A stretch of DNA of 63,885 nt, filler included, from Reticulomyxa filosa (GCA_000512085.1; 21 parts of 21 records of this genome joined end to end with filler, not necessarily neighbours in it); one strand, 5' to 3'; positions 37,582 through 52,770 are shown, numbered from the whole stretch's first letter. Notes: generated by a model not told the origin, from the sequence alone. Numbers and translations: made by a program.

Positions 37582-38324
37582 ATGATGGAATCATCTCCGC
37601 CAGAAACAAAGATGACAACACGACCCTTGCTAATCGAGGAGAGTGATTATACTCGCTTTTATAAAGTTGGTTTGTTGATAGTTATGTATGTCCAAATAGT
37701 GGTTGAGACGCCTGGGGCTTTGTTTTTGAACAAAAAACACTATTCCGCATCTCATTGAAACGGTACAGATCTTAAGACAAGCGAAGATGTATACATTCAC
37801 GAACATTTCAATGGGTTAAGTGGAACTTTGTCCCCTTCGCTGTTCCCTCTTCTTTCTGTCAAAAGAAACATCATTCGAAGCGATTCAAAAAGCAATAAAT
37901 AAAAAAAAGACTGTTACTTATTGGTATCGCTCCATCACATCCAATCCGCGCACAGCCCTGTCGTGTTGTCAAGGTCGACTTTGAACTGAACGGCCGCACA
38001 TTAAAAAATTTTGAAGTCATTGGAAAACACAAAAAAGTTCCTTTTTTTGTTTTGTTTTGTTTTTTCCCTTTCCCCCTTTCCAAGACAGAATTTTAAAAAA
38101 AAAAAACATGCACATAACCGTATCAGAATGCATTGAATTGTTCCATCAATACAGTATTGTGTGAGATAAAGTGCGAATTTCCGCGAGGTGGTAATGTGCA
38201 AAAAATCGATGGAAACGAAGCTAACCCAAACACAGTGACTTTTAGAATCACTCCACATATCTATGGCAAGGTTCTTGAGATCAATCAAAATATCATCAAA
38301 AATCCCGATTTATTAAGGACCATG
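37582..38324 (+). CDS. ABITRAM/FAM206A-like (GCV-H fold) protein, partial
   Basis: YTRFYK; VYIHEHFNG; IGIAPSHP; EVIGKHKK; LCEIKC; GKVLEINQNIIKNPDLL. Confidence 0.75.
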
Positions 38325-38450
38325 GTTTGCTATCAATTTTTTTTTTTTTNNNNNNNNNNNNNNNNNNNNNNNNNNNNNNNNNNNNNNNNNNNNTTAATTA
38401 ATTAANNNNNNNNNNNNNNNNNNNNNNNNNNNNNNNNNNNNNNNNNNNNT

Positions 38451-38482
<32 letters not shown>

Positions 38483-38521
38483 TTGTTGACATATGGTGTA
38501 TGCTTCATATACAAATAACAG

Positions 38522-39218
38522 GTAATGGTCGCATCAAATGGCTACTGCAAACTCACCGACTTTGGCTTTGCCAAGATTCGAAATCACACGTGCACGCTAT
38601 GTGGCACCCCACAATATCTGGCCCCTGAAGTAATTCGTTGTCGACGACAAGGGTTCGAAGTCGATTGGTGGTGCGTGGGCGTGTTCATCTACGAAATGGT
38701 GTATGGGTTTTCGCCGTTCGAAGTTTCGCGAACTAAGGAGGGCAAAAGTATCTTTGATCGCATCCTCGAAGCCGACGTGTATTTCCCTCCCATTCCATCG
38801 CTCTCCGAAGAATGCAAAAATCTTATCACTCTGCTTTTGCAAAAAAATGAACGCGAGCGTTTGGGCAGTGGCATCGGTGCCACTGGTGTGCAAGCTGTCA
38901 AAAATCACAAATGGTTTCAGGTATACGTTTTGTGATTGCAATTCTTCTTTCTAATGCTTTTTTTTTTTTTTTTTTTTGGGGTTATAATTAAGCTAATTGC
39001 ATCGTTTGTATTGTATTGGTAACTATATTTACAAACAAAAGAAACTGTCACGAGGATGGGAAGGAATTGAAAAACAAACGGCAACTCCTCCACAAATTCC
39101 CGAAATTCGAAATAACAAAGACCCCAGTTGCTTTCGATTTTTACCTCAAGATCCAAGTGACGACGAGTTGCCAGACGATCCTGATGATTCATCACAAAAT
39201 TGGTGTGATGAGTTTTGA
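38522..39218 (+). CDS. AGC kinase (PKA/PKG-like), C-terminal half
   Basis: KLTDFGFAK, TLCGTPQYLAPE, VDWWCVGV, ERLG, VKNHKWF; intron 38921-39041; AGC tail ending WCDEF. Confidence 0.92.
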
Positions 39219-39644
39219 TATTCCCTCCTCCAAACTATTAACATTCGATTGTGCTGAGGAAAATTCTCTCTTAGTTTATTCTTACCTACTACTAAGTTTT
39301 CTGTTGGTTTACCTTTTTTTTTGTTTTGTCTTGTTTTTGTGTATTTTATTATTACTATTTTTTTATAAATGTTTTTCTCTTTCTTTAATGGTGTTGTTGC
39401 GATCGATCAGGTATACATTTGAACGAAACACAAACATTTTTTCTTTTTTAATGAGGTTTTTTTTTTTTTTTTGCGTGATGACCTTTTGTTAATTTGCTTG
39501 TTTCAACCTTTTTCATCGATTTCAAAGAAATGCGTATAAAAAAATTACTTTTTTTTTTGAATAAGAGAAAAATCAAATTTTAATCGAGGTAATGCCTTTC
39601 CATATAAAAAAATGCTTCAATTTTTTATGCAAAAAAAATAAAAA

Positions 39645-40654
39645 TTACAGATAATGCCACATTTCTTTGTGACTCTTCATCCAATAATTTAAAGCAGTAA
39701 GTCCCATGAGCGGGACCAATGTCGCTTGGACATATTCTTGAGTTATCGGTAAGGAACCGTTTTCAGTGGACTTTTTCTCGTCGGCAATATCAGGCGCTTG
39801 CTTTTTGGACTGGAAATAAGTCCATAAGACCTCTCGGATTTGAGTCGAGCTTACGTCTCTGACATTCAAATCAGTGTAAATAAAAACTTTATTGCTGACG
39901 ACTCCTTGTTTAACGTCTTGGTTATATTTATCTAACACAGTGTCGCTGAAACCTTTCCTTCCAATGCAAAGTGTCAAATAGTCTCGGTTTCCTTTGGAAG
40001 CGCTCTCCATGTATTGTTTCCATTTTGGAGTCCCATTTTTGTTAAGTACTTTGTCTGCTCCCATTACCACAATGCGTGTTATATTCTTGTGTTGTTGCTT
40101 TTGTATGTGTGCATGTGTTTATTATTTGATTAAAAAAAAAAATTTGCAACAGTGATATTCAAAATAATTATTTTATTTTATTGTTTTATGTTTTGTTATG
40201 TCACATTGCTCCAAAAGATTTCTGTAAAGGTTTGTTTAGATCTTTTTCTTTTTTTTAAGAGAATGTTGCCAAGTACATTTGTAACCTCAAATACTCGATT
40301 GTGATAGTGCGCTGCAGATCCACAAGGAGCATGTGATGAAAAAATCCATACTTTTTCACTTTCTTTGGATTCATTTGTTTCCTTTGCTTGCACTTCTGTT
40401 TTGAAATAGTCGTTGATGGTCGCCTCGCACAGTTGATAGCGATGTGAAAATTGCAGTGCTTCTTTTTTTAGTTTGTTTTGTACATATGCATCTGTTGTGA
40501 GCACGCAGTAAGCACCCACAATCTTAAAGTTATGCTCCTTCTCCAAAAAGTTTCGGCTTGCTGTCAGAGTCTCCACATGGCCAAAATGTGGGGGATTAAA
40601 ACTCCCTCCAAGCAGCAAGACTGCCTGTTGTGCACTTGTTTTCGATGTTGTCAT
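39645..40654 (-). CDS. NMNAT/NadD-like nucleotidyltransferase
   Basis: GGSFNPPHFGH (HxGH), VMGAD, DVSSTQIR. Confidence 0.85.
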
Positions 40655-40887
40655 TATTTATGTGACGCCATTTTTGGATTTTTTGAAAACGTCCCTAAAA
40701 AAGACAAAACTCAATAATAAAAAAAAAGCAACACACTTTTCAATAATGCATTTATGTTGCACGAAAACAATTTAACAACAGATTTTAATAGTCAATTTTA
40801 CTGCCCAATTTCTGTTGATACAGCTTGTTTTAGTTTTTTTGAAGTTGAAAAAAAAGCGAGCCTCCCAAACAAAAAAATCTGCCTCAC

Positions 40888-41320
40888 ATGACAACAAGTA
40901 ATTTCTCAGAACCATTTCTCGAGCTAAAGACGCCTGAATCTCTTCCGAATGATAAACATGGAACGGGGTCGGTGAATTTAATGGCCTCTTTTCCGCTGAC
41001 CGACGTTGCTCGGAGGCTGTCACAGAGACCACCAAGTCAGCGAGCACGACGGGAGAGTATCACTAGTCTGATGTCAAGTCAAATAAGCACCGCCGTTCCA
41101 TTCTTTAATATAGGCGGAGAAGGTACTGCGAGTGCAGCACCACTCCAAGAAGAATATTTTTGTCACATATGTTTCGCGAACCACGCAAAGAAAGATGGGT
41201 TCCAATTATCCAATTGTGGACACATATTTTGTACGGACTGCATCAAGGGCTATTGGAAAAGTCGAATCGAAGAAGGGAACGTTTATTTCAAATGTTTCCA
41301 TCCGACTCCAGAAAACATGT
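40888..41320 (+). CDS. RING (C3HC4) protein, probably RBR/Ariadne-type E3 ligase, 5' part
   Basis: CHICF...CGHIFCTDCIKGYW..RI..G....KC. Confidence 0.75.
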
Positions 41321-41466
41321 ACGTCCTATAAGAATTTTCGACCCCTCCTCCTTTTTTTCCCCCTCCCCTCTCATCAAAAAAAAAAAAATATATATATATA
41401 TGTACATATATATACAAATGTATGTATACGTACATATATACATGTATATCTCCATCCTTTATCCCA

Positions 41467-41500
<34 letters not shown>

Positions 41501-41600
41501 NNNNNNNNNNNNNNNNNNNNNNNNNNNNNNNNNNNNNNNNNNNNTTAATTAATTAANNNNNNNNNNNNNNNNNNNNNNNNNNNNNNNNNNNNNNNNNNNN

Positions 41601-42368
41601 ATATATATATATATATATATGTATATGTTGTATTAAATATTTGAACAAAAACCCTACAAATTGCTTGGACATCTTTTTTTTTTTATTATATATGTACTAC
41701 AGATTTATCGTTTGACTTACTTTCTCATAAATTATTTGATCCGAATTGTGTTCAATCTTCAATTGGTGCAATCCTTGATGAAATTCAACAGCAATTTACT
41801 TTGCCACCAGAGTCTGCTCTTTTTTTTTTTTTGTCTCTTTCGTTTGTGGAGTGAACGCACGAAGACATGTTTTATGTACGTACATATCAATATAATCTCA
41901 AAAAAAAAAAAAAAAGAAAGAGTTGGCGCTTCGTTGGTGCATGTACTTTGGAGCTCTTGGTCAAGACGCACAATACCGTACAAAATTTGTCGGACTGAAG
42001 TTACGCGCTTTATTGGCGGTCACAACACTCGGCATTTTTGACAGAGGAGTTAAGAAAAGAGAAAGTGCAAAACGAATGAAGAGGGGAAAGGAGGGAGAAA
42101 AAAAAAAATGAGTACTTGTTCATTTGTCAAAAGAAATAAACAAACAAAAAAGATTGGTTTGAATGAAACGGATAGAGGGAAGCATGGAGTGAAGTAAGTA
42201 ATGAAATGGAAGTGCAAGGATTGTGGAGAGAATTAATAGAGATGGCGCAGCCACCAAGTACAATTGAAAAACTACCAAATTATAACCAAATCATTCCAAT
42301 TGAACATAAGATATTGGCGAATTTGTTATTAGGAAGACTCATAGTTATTCATCGTTGTCACATATATA

Positions 42369-42402
<34 letters not shown>

Positions 42403-44170
42403 TATATGTATATGTGTATATATGTATATAATGTAAAGTATAAATGCACACACATTGGAAATGTTTTACATAGCCTTATTCAAAAATCCCATGGAATGAA
42501 GTGTGGGGTGAAAATTCTTTTGTTATGACCACGATTCAACGTTTGGTGGCCGACTTCGAGTATGACGCAAACGATTCGAATGTTTTATTGTGGGTGCCCC
42601 ATTTCTTCAATTTTGTAAATCGATGCATTACCCACGCTTCCAATAACAACTTATGTATGTTGTTGTTTTTCTTTTTCTTTTTTTTTAAAATATAAATTTC
42701 GGAGTTTGAACCACCAATGGGAACGAAGCAAAATAAAAAATAAAAATAAAAACGATAAAGGGGCCTCAACATCGACCGACTGGCATGGATTGATGTCACA
42801 ATTACTGCAGATCATAGGAAATAAAGAAATGGTGAATGTTGGCGTATTGACGGAATTACTACGACTGTTGAATCAAATAATGACCAAACAAAAAACAGAG
42901 CAATCCTTTGTCAAACTCAATGGCCTCGACCATTTGTTTCAATTGTTGAACAAAGTCATTGACTTTCCACATTTCTTTGACACCCGCAATCGCACTACTC
43001 TCGTCTTCCAACTTTTTTGTAATCCTGTTTTCTTTTCTTTCCATTCCATCAAAGGACGGATATTTGTTTGATTTGATTTCCCTTTCTCCCTCCCTCCAAA
43101 AAAAAAAAAACATATATATTAAACGTAAATTGTTTGTTTGTGGGTTTTAATGAACTTGCCAATAGTGTCCAAATATGCATTGAAAGGTTTGATCTGTTCG
43201 TGTGTCCTCGCAGTTTCCCAAGCGGTTCAAGTGCACCCAGAGCTCATCCCTGCCTTGAAAAATCCAAACATTATTATCCTTATTTGTAAGCTCATTAAAA
43301 AGTGTTACCACAGGTGATTGCTTACTGCAACAAAAAAAAAAAATATATATACATATATACGTATATATGTATATGTATATATTTGTTATCCGAGTTCCTG
43401 TCGTTTCCATCCCTTCCTTCCCTAATCGCCTTTCTGTTGATCTTGTTTCTTTCCTTGATAAAAGACAGACTCCAAAGTTGTTTCTATTAGACAACCCAAA
43501 AAACGTGCAAACAAACGAACGGAACAAAGGAAGCCAAAACAATTGGACCACGTCCAGCATCAACTTGGAAGACTGCTCCACGATTTCCACACACTTGTAC
43601 GGACAGAGTGTCCTTGCTTCGATACCGGAGGATGTTGAAATTACAGGCTCTGACGCTGTGTCGAGAGAGATCTCTTTCTCCGATTGTTTCCAGCATCAGA
43701 TGGACCCGTTTGCAACACGTGCTTTTATCCAACAGGAAATGTACGGACCTCAAAGTGACACAGCTCAAGCTACTGAAAACGACGATGACACTGATGATGA
43801 CGTCAATATCAATACCAATATCAATGTCAATGCCAGTGATAAAGAGACTGCCAACAACGATGAAAAAATTAGAGATATGCAACATGGGAAGCTCAATCAA
43901 ATGTGGAGCCAGGGATATCCGTGTAACCGAAAGGAAAAGAGCAAATTTGAAATCGTAGAGACCATGACGAAAATGAACAATGTGACAATCCAATTGGTTT
44001 TGCTTTCCATGGCTCCAATGCCAACACCCGACTTTGGTGATGAAGTGTACACTCTCGTGTGTCAGCTGCTATGTCATTGCATTCAAAATGGAGGTGCCAA
44101 TGAGATGGCCAAGGAATTCCATGAATTTGGTGTCACCCAAGTCTTTATTGATTCGCTTATTCGGGTACGT
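41601..44170 (+). CDS. ARM-repeat region resembling the HUWE1/Tom1/UPL1 N-terminus (internal exons)
   Basis: Ordered motifs LKLRALLAV, GLWRELIEM, HGLMSQLLQII, SFVKLNGLDHL, FGDEVYTLVCQLLCHCIQN..FHEFGVTQVFIDSL, reminiscent of DUF908/DUF913. Confidence 0.5.
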
Positions 44171-45478
44171 GTTTGTGTTTATGTATGCGTATGTGTTTTT
44201 TTTTTTAAAAAAAAAAAAAAAGAGAGGAAATTACGTATCACACATTTGAAAAGAAGAGAACAAGAAGGAGGGGAGGGGGGGGGGGGGGGGGGGGNNNNNN
44301 NNNNNNNNNNNNNNNNNNNNNNNNNNNNNNNNNNNNNNTTAATTAATTAANNNNNNNNNNNNNNNNNNNNNNNNNNNNNNNNNNNNNNNNNNNNATAAGA
44401 AAATGAAAATACATCAAGGACTGACAATTCAAATATTACACATCCCTCTCTTGGAAAATATTTGTTGATTTGGGGCAATTATAATTCATATCTTCTACCT
44501 TCTTAAAAAAAAGGTTCGTGTTAGTCCTATCATTATAAGCTGATATGTTCAAACAACAAAAATAAAATAAATAGTAAAAATAAACGTTAAGATATTTCAA
44601 AAATTTTAAAAAAAGTAAACAATACAAAAGTAGCTAAAAACAAAAAAAATTACAAAAATTAACGTTGGTCTTCACTGCAAAAAAAAAGTTTTTTTTGTGA
44701 CCTCGCGAAATTGGGTTGGGCTGGAACTGTTGGAATGGTACGTGGCTACTCACGCTTGCAGGCTGAGTTATCGAAGTCATCCCTTGACTTGGCGGTAGTG
44801 GTGACTGTGATTGTGATTGCAGTTGCGACTGCGGTTGTGACGGTGGTTGTTGCGGCTGTGGTTGTGGTTGTGGCTGCATCTCCACTGCATTATCCAATGT
44901 GCCCATTCTTTCACCCACTTGCACAAATCTTTTCAAAAGATGTAATTTTTTTTTTCTTCTCTTAGACGCGTGCTCTTTTTGCAGTTTGTAAAGTGAATTG
45001 TGACGTTGTGTCACACAATTTCGTTTGTTTGCTTCGGATTCCAAACATTGGAATTGTTTCGATTGCAGTTTGTTTTTTTTCTTAAAGAATAACTTACTCC
45101 GATTTTTTTTGGATCTTTCCACAAGAGCATAGACTTAAACATTTCATAAAAACTGGGGAATCAATCAAAGAAATGGCCTCGAACTGAAAACATGAAAAGT
45201 AAGGCTCCAACAATCAGACAAACGCTCCACCTCCCCTTCGTCGCACTAATTGTTCTAAAAAAAATAAAAAATAAGCATTTCGCACATGGAGACAGAACTT
45301 AGTGAAATGATAAGAAGAGCCACAAGCCAAAGGACGAAAGCAAAAAAAACAAAGAAAAAACAACACAACAACAAACATATCAAAAAAAAAGAAAAAATTA
45401 AAGGATTAGAGAATTAAAAAAAGACCCATTGCAGATAAATAAACCATCAAAAATAAAATAAAAGAGAAAGGAATAAAA

Positions 45479-46250
45479 TCACTTTATACACTGATAATCA
45501 CAATGACTAATTTTGCTACAACAGCAAACGGTAAGAAAATAAGAGTAATTGATGTGAATGTTCTTGATAACACCAACCAAGACATGGTCAACAAAGAAAG
45601 TGATTTCCTTGTTGTCGCAATCCAGTAACAGGACAATAGTGTCTCCATTTCTCCATTTGATCTCAGTGAAGTGATGCGGATGTTGAATCGCAACTTCTTT
45701 TTTCTTAGCCATGTCTGTGATTTGCATTCGCGCCTCCTTATGATCATTAAGTCCAGAGACGAGCCGTTCTTTTTCGTAACACTCGTCATCCATGTAGCAG
45801 CGTCGATAGTTCTCAAAACCATTGACAATTTGCCATTGTTCATCAAATAATACGACAATCTAATGTCCGGACATTGGCTCAAGTGCAAGGACCTGCCATT
45901 GGGCATGTCCACGCGTTTGGGGTTGATGAAAAACCCGATTTGGTTCGACAAATTCGGGCACTTTATGCGGCACTTGATTTTGAACAAGTGTTTGCTCGTG
46001 TCAAACCCATCGCGCAAAATGCAGAGATTGCCTAGTCGGCTGCAGTGCAAGCTTGTGCCGTCGTCATTGCCGCGAATCCGTCAGGTTTTGGTCGGACAGG
46101 TCGAGGTTGTATTTATTTGCAAAATAAGAGTGTCGTGGGAGTTTGTAGCTATATGTGCATATATTTGTATCTACATATTCGTATATATATGTAAGTATTT
46201 GTATATATTCCCACTGTTAATTGATTGACCTTATTTTGCCATCATCCATT
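45479..46250 (-). CDS. SPRY/B30.2-like domain protein
   Basis: HLFKIKC..QIGF...WRNGDTIVLLLDCDNKEITFFVD...YFLTVC; frameshift near 45830. Confidence 0.65.
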
Positions 46251-46992
46251 CAACAAGCAAGTTTGAGGAAGTGTAATCGATGAGTGTGGAGTTGTATCTT
46301 CAATTTGTTGGAAATTATTACATCACTATCTGATATTTTTAAGATTTTTCCATTTGAAAACAGGAAATTTTAGACAATAACAACTTTGAGAAAGAAGAAA
46401 GAAGTTCTTCAAATGTCAATTCTCTTATTTTTATCATTTTTGGAAAAGACAAAAGTAGTGTGAATGTTGATTATTTTGATTTTGTTAAAAAAATGGGATA
46501 GACGTACAACAAAAGAGCCAACTCAAAGGAAAACGCTTTAAGTATACCCTTTTTAACATTTCACCAAAAATAACATGTTTGAAATTAGAACGAACGTATG
46601 CATAAGACTTTCTGATGAATTTGGTTATTGTGGTTGAAATATGAATTTCAAAGAAATACAATTATTTCAGTCAGTGTAATCACGTGAAACTTTTTTCAAA
46701 ACAATTTTTTAAAAGAAAGAAAACTTGATATTTTGTAGAAGAGAACTAATGTAATTAATTTTCTACATTATTCACAGAACAGAATAACAAATTAATGTTA
46801 CCAAAAAAAAATTCTCCAATTTTATCTTTTTCTAAAAAAAAATTTAGATAAAAAATTGGATTGAAATATACTCTTTTGAGAATGAATTATTTGTGATTTC
46901 AATAAAAACTTAACCTTGTTTGAAAAATTTAACTTAAAACAAAAAGTTCTTACTCCTGTTTGTACAAAAAAAGGGGGACAAAGAGTTTAATC

Positions 46993-47317
46993 ATGTTAAT
47001 CTTGCAAGCGGAAGAAGGCGAAACAGTAAAAGTAAAAAGCTTAACAACTTTCTCACTTGAAGGTTGTTACGATAAAGACTGGGTGGCAGCCTCGAATAAA
47101 CAAAGCAGATTAAAAGGTTTACAGTGTTTACTGTGTGGCCAAATTGCAAATAATTTAATGGAATTAACTTGTAGTGAACACGAAGATCGTAAAGACACAC
47201 CGATAGTTGGTGAGAAATGTCTGATAAAATATTTAAATGAAAATAATAATAAATGTCCTATTAAGAAACACGATCCTTGTAGTTACATAAAAGGACGAAC
47301 ATTGCGAAATATTGTTA
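46993..47317 (+). CDS. RING/TRAF-like zinc-finger protein, N-terminal part
   Basis: CYDKDWV..CLLCGQIANNLMELTCSEH..IVGEKCL..YL..NNNKCPI..H..C. Confidence 0.65.
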
Positions 47318-48273
47318 NNNNNNNNNNNNNNNNNNNNNNNNNNNNNNNNNNNNNNNNNNNNTTAATTAATTAANNNNNNNNNNNNNNNNNNNNNNNNNNN
47401 NNNNNNNNNNNNNNNNNAATTTTTAAAATTTAAATCAAATTTCTTTTGGATGATTTCAAATTTAATAATTAAATGAAATATTATTATCATTCATCATGAA
47501 ATATTTATATTTTTGAAATGATGAATGATAATAATATGTTCAAATGATTCATCGATGGTAATATAGTTATAATGACATTGTCAACATTTTGAATTACTTG
47601 TTTTCAATATTTACTGGACAACATATATTTTTATTCGAAAAAAGATTATCATTCAGCTACTTACATGACATTATTTAAACCACAATTAATAAAATATCAA
47701 AAATATTAAATATCTTTGCATTGCAATGATCATTCACTAACTTTGCCAATTGCATCATTATTCTTTCACTCAAAAAATGTTATCAAGTATTTTATAAAAT
47801 TTAAAAAAGAAGTTTAATTGACGAAATGGAAATGATTTATGTACTTAATAATTTTCTTCAGGCGATCAATTGTATAAAATACTCTTGACTTGGGCTACAG
47901 ATGGGCATACTTTTAAGAAAAAGTATAAATTTTAAATTTTAATTACACACCTGATCACATTCATTACACTTTTTATAATTTTCTTTTTTAAAGAATATGA
48001 AACGCACAGCTGATAAGATTTAAACACTTTTTCAATTTCCAATTTCGTGAAAAACTTTTTCAAAGTTTGCAACTGGAAAACAAATACAAAGAGTATTTAC
48101 AAGATGAAAAAATTGTATTTTTAAAACTAAGACAATTGCATTAGTATATTTTATTTAATATACAAAACAAAAATTTCCAATTGAGCAAATGGTCGTTTAT
48201 GAGATTTCATTGCGCCTCCGTTAAGAAAGAAAACGATAGAAGACTGAGCAAAAAAAAAAAATTGTAAAGGCAA

Positions 48274-49400
48274 CTACTCTGTATTTGAAACGGTTTGCCT
48301 GTTACTATAGTCCTGCCACAGCAAATTATACACATCACTTCTCTCAAAACGTATGAAACTATCTCTGAGTAAATCTGCAATCTCTCTGGCAGCAGCGTCA
48401 AGACACTGCATTTTCAGCTCAAGAGTGACAACGTGAACGTCACTGGGGATCCCAAAACCGGAACCATCAATGGAGATCGAAGCAAGACGAGAGAAGGAGG
48501 AGCTCACTGCGGAGGGGAGGGAAGGTACAACCCCATCGCAAAGTATGGAGTGACATTGTCTTGCAATCTCCGATGAAATGTTGATTTCAAGACTGGCTTG
48601 GCCCCTTTCGATGTACTTTTTGTACAGCAGAAAGGTTGCTTCATCAATAGTTGACTCTCCGTTATGAACCCGCCGAACGAAATAGCTTGGGGAAATTTGT
48701 TCCGGCAAGTTTATGTGAAAGACAAAATACGAAGAAAACTGCTGATCGCCTACACCAGACGTCTCATTTTTATTTACGAGTTGTTCATAGCATGAAAATA
48801 ACTGTCGATATTCTTTGAGCGTACGTAGCACAACAACAACAAGCAAATTTTTTTTTTTTTTTTTTTTTAAAAAAAGTGAATGTACACATCAAACAAATAT
48901 AACGCATGTACGTACCGGTGACAAAAAGTAAATTTTCAGCAGATAATTCTTGCGACAGGAAATGCATAAAAACTTCAAAGCCATCGCAAAAAGTGATCAC
49001 ATTGGTCCAACTTCGAAACCCTTGATCGGACTTATCTTGTTTCAGGGACTGATGCACCGAGACGGGACCGAGCCAAGAGATGTTTGCAGGGAGTTTTTTC
49101 AACTCCTTTGGCGGCAGGTGCATACTAAAAAAAGTATGTAAGCATACTCGAATAAATGTGTACCTGTCCATTTTGCTCTTGTAGCGAGCCTTCAGATCGT
49201 GATACCCCAAGCCATTGCAATAGCGGATGGGAATGATCACCGAACAATATAAGCTCGCAATGCCACAAATTATTTCAAGAAACCAGCGAAACCAACCCGC
49301 TACATATACTCCAAATGCCGGTACAAAAAAAAATACCGCAATCACAAGGACCGTTGCGATCACTGCCAAAAATCCCCAAATCAGCACATTCAATAGCAGT
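48274..49400 (-). CDS. Transmembrane-RGS protein (5' partial)
   Basis: TM helices, then GFEVFMHFLSQELSAENLLF, LYKKYIERGQASLEINIS, AAREIADLLRDSFIRF. Confidence 0.88.
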
Positions 49401-49404
49401 TCAT

Positions 49405-49447
<43 letters not shown>

Positions 49448-50280
49448 NNNNNNNNNNNNNNNNNNNNNNNNNNNNNNNNNNNNNNNNNNNNTTAATTAAT
49501 TAANNNNNNNNNNNNNNNNNNNNNNNNNNNNNNNNNNNNNNNNNNNNAACCTATACAACATGGAGAGTTCCTTCACCAATGCATTCTTCTGCAAAAATGT
49601 ACAGCTGCCGAAAAAGAAAGAATAGAGTCAGTACAAACCCAAGACGCCCACAATAACAACATCATTAAAAATAAAGTCTACAATGGTATCTTCTGTTTAT
49701 TGATCGAAATTGATGATCAATAATAATCAATACGTGGAATTACAAAAAACATCACCAACAATGGGGTTAATTGTTATAACGAAGCTTCTCAGTGAATGTA
49801 CGTATTAGTTTTTTATGAGAACTTTTTTTATTAGATCATGTTTTTATGTATTTTTTGTCACTTTATTGTGACCAAATAAAGAAACAAGCCAAAACTTATT
49901 TCAAACTTTCGAATCTAATACTTCAATACTTTGACTATCCAAAAAAACAAAGGATAACAAAGTTATCAATGATTTAATTTGTGTGTTCCTTTTTTTTGGA
50001 ATGATCATAAGTGGAAAAAATTTTTGATACTGAAAACAAGAAAATAGATGGAAAATGCCAGGTAGGTACACACAATCAACCCGATGACACATTATCAAAA
50101 TATGTAAATCTTCAACTTGCTACAATTGCAACAAAACTAAAATTTCTGAACATTTCAAGGGTGGGAATCGTATTAGCAAATATAATTTTTGTTGTTTTTT
50201 AAAGCTTTGGTCTTGTCAAAAAATACAGTTTAAAAAAAAGAACCCTGTAGAATCCCTAACAGTGGAAAGAAATCAACTCA

Positions 50281-50520
50281 ATGAACGTGGACAAGGTTTG
50301 CAATTGGTCCTTAAAGTCAAAATCCTCCAAGAAAGACATGACACCACAATTTCGACAAGTGGCGGAAACTCTACAGCGACGACTGGGTATGCGTCAAGAC
50401 CGCAGAATACTTGAAGCTAGAGGTACATTGAAACTAACAACGATAACAAATTCTGAAAATATTGCGCAGCTGGACGAGCACAACAAAGACAGCATTGTGA
50501 CAAAGAGACACCACGAATCG
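50281..50520 (+). CDS. Fragment with one RPEL-like motif
   Basis: TLQRRLGMRQDRRILEARGTL resembles L.RRL..RP....L..RGIL. Confidence 0.35.
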
Positions 50521-50671
50521 GCCTCTTCGCATATTTTTTTTAAACAAATTTGTAAACGAAGCCACATTGGGNNNNNNNNNNNNNNNNNNNNNNNNNNNNN
50601 NNNNNNNNNNNNNNNTTAATTAATTAANNNNNNNNNNNNNNNNNNNNNNNNNNNNNNNNNNNNNNNNNNNN

Positions 50672-51836
50672 TCAGTGATGATTCCATTCATTTCTGGAAT
50701 ATTGTATAACAATATAATTTCCAAGAAAGATCCATCAGGATCAGGTTTATTGTATTTTTGGAAATTATTGCATTCATCACCACCTCAAATTGTTCCAATT
50801 CATCAAGTGATGTTATTTATGCATTGTTTGGATGCTTGTAAATCAGACACTGATAGTTCATTTCTTCCATCACAACTTCGAACTTGTCACAAATCACTTG
50901 TTCATTCATTCAAATCATGGATAATTGCTTGGATTCATTTTGATAAAGACAAAGATTATGCTTATGAGTATGGTGATCGTGTCCTTGACAGACCATTGAA
51001 TAAAGTGATGGAATCTCACTTACCCAATTTTCAATATGTTTTGAATCATTCAGATATCCACTTGTGTATCATCGATCTAATTAAGATAATTCAAACACAA
51101 TTCAATACACTTGATGATGCGAGATTAATAAAAGATCGATTGAATTTATTACAGTATTTGTGCATTTCAACAGAAACTTCAGATGTTGTTGTCCAATGTT
51201 ACAAACAAGTTTTTAAGAGACACTCTTGGATGTGTGCATACTTACTTTGTGTGATATCAGTGAAATTAAATGAACAACAATTGGATGATGTTATTGAATT
51301 TTTCATGGATGGACTTGTTCACAAAGATGAAAATATTCATGAAATATGTGCAGAATCAATTGCAAGAATAGTATTGAAATTGAATGAGAGACAATTGAAT
51401 AAAGTATTTGAATGTTTGATGAATGCCTTTGAGAGTGGAAAAATTACAATTTGTGATGAATGTGCACACGCACTTGCAACGATTTCATCACAATTGGGAG
51501 GAAAACAGTTGGATAATGCATTCCAATGTTTCATTCATAGGTTTCCTTCATATTTATATTATTATAATGCGATTCAATTTCTAATGAAATTGAAAGAAGA
51601 ACAATCAGGTGATGTCTTTCAACGTTTGATTAATGGATTATCCGATGAAAAGGAATATAAATTTAATCGTGCAAAATGCGCACAATTACTTGGAAAACTC
51701 TCAATGAAATGGAATGAAAAACAATTGAATGATGCCTTCAATTCTTTAAAAGACATGCTCAATCAAGATGATAATTGGAGATATATAGAAGCACTTGAGA
51801 CAATTACAGTGAAATTGTCTGGGAAACAATTCGATA
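50672..51836 (+). CDS. HEAT-repeat protein (internal fragment)
   Basis: Repeated units of I.VKLNE.QLD..F..L..GL.D. Confidence 0.8.
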
Positions 51837-52055
51837 NNNNNNNNNNNNNNNNNNNNNNNNNNNNNNNNNNNNNNNNNNNNTTAATTAATTAANNNNNNNN
51901 NNNNNNNNNNNNNNNNNNNNNNNNNNNNNNNNNNNNTATATATATATATATATATATACAACATATAATGTATATAATGTATGTACGATACATGTACATA
52001 TTCATGTCGTATGTTTGTACATTGCCGATAACCCCCCCCCCCAAAAAAAATTCAG

Positions 52056-52730
52056 AGGAAGTAATCAGGGCAGTGGCAAGCACAGAAGGAGCACGTGCCA
52101 ATACCAAGTTTGATTATCGCCGAATGAAGGTACCTGAGCTTCGAGACATTTTAAAAAACGTTTATAATGTCCCCGATTTTGTGATCAAAGTTTTGTATGT
52201 GTGGAAAGAGAGAAAGGGATGTCAATTTAATTTGTTGACACTACTACATAAGTACATAAATAAATAAATAATATGATAAAACGATGGGTGGTTGTGACTG
52301 TAAAATGATATGTTAGAACTTGGCAGACAGAAATTCATTGCGAAAAGCAGTGCAAAAAATGTCCGAGTCACGAGCCGAACAAGGAGACCAACAAGCATTA
52401 CAATTGGCTCGATTCCACGGCGGTAAGCATGCTGCAGTGCGAGTTAAACAAAACACCTCTTAACTTTCTTTTTATTTTTTCTCTTCCCTCCCCAATTACG
52501 TTAAATTTGCATGTAAAACTTTAAAACCCTGCAAATGTCTTACGCTGTTGCTGAACATATGCCATACGTTGGATGTGATGATTGAATTGTCTCATGACAA
52601 CAGAGGATGTATTTGAAAGATGTGGCCAGACTGATGCGAAACCACATAAAAATGCTTCGCAACGAAAAAGAAGAAAAATTGACAAAGGAAGAGGCAAAAG
52701 AATTTTTGAATATCTTTGATGACATGGGTC

Positions 52731-52770
<40 letters not shown>
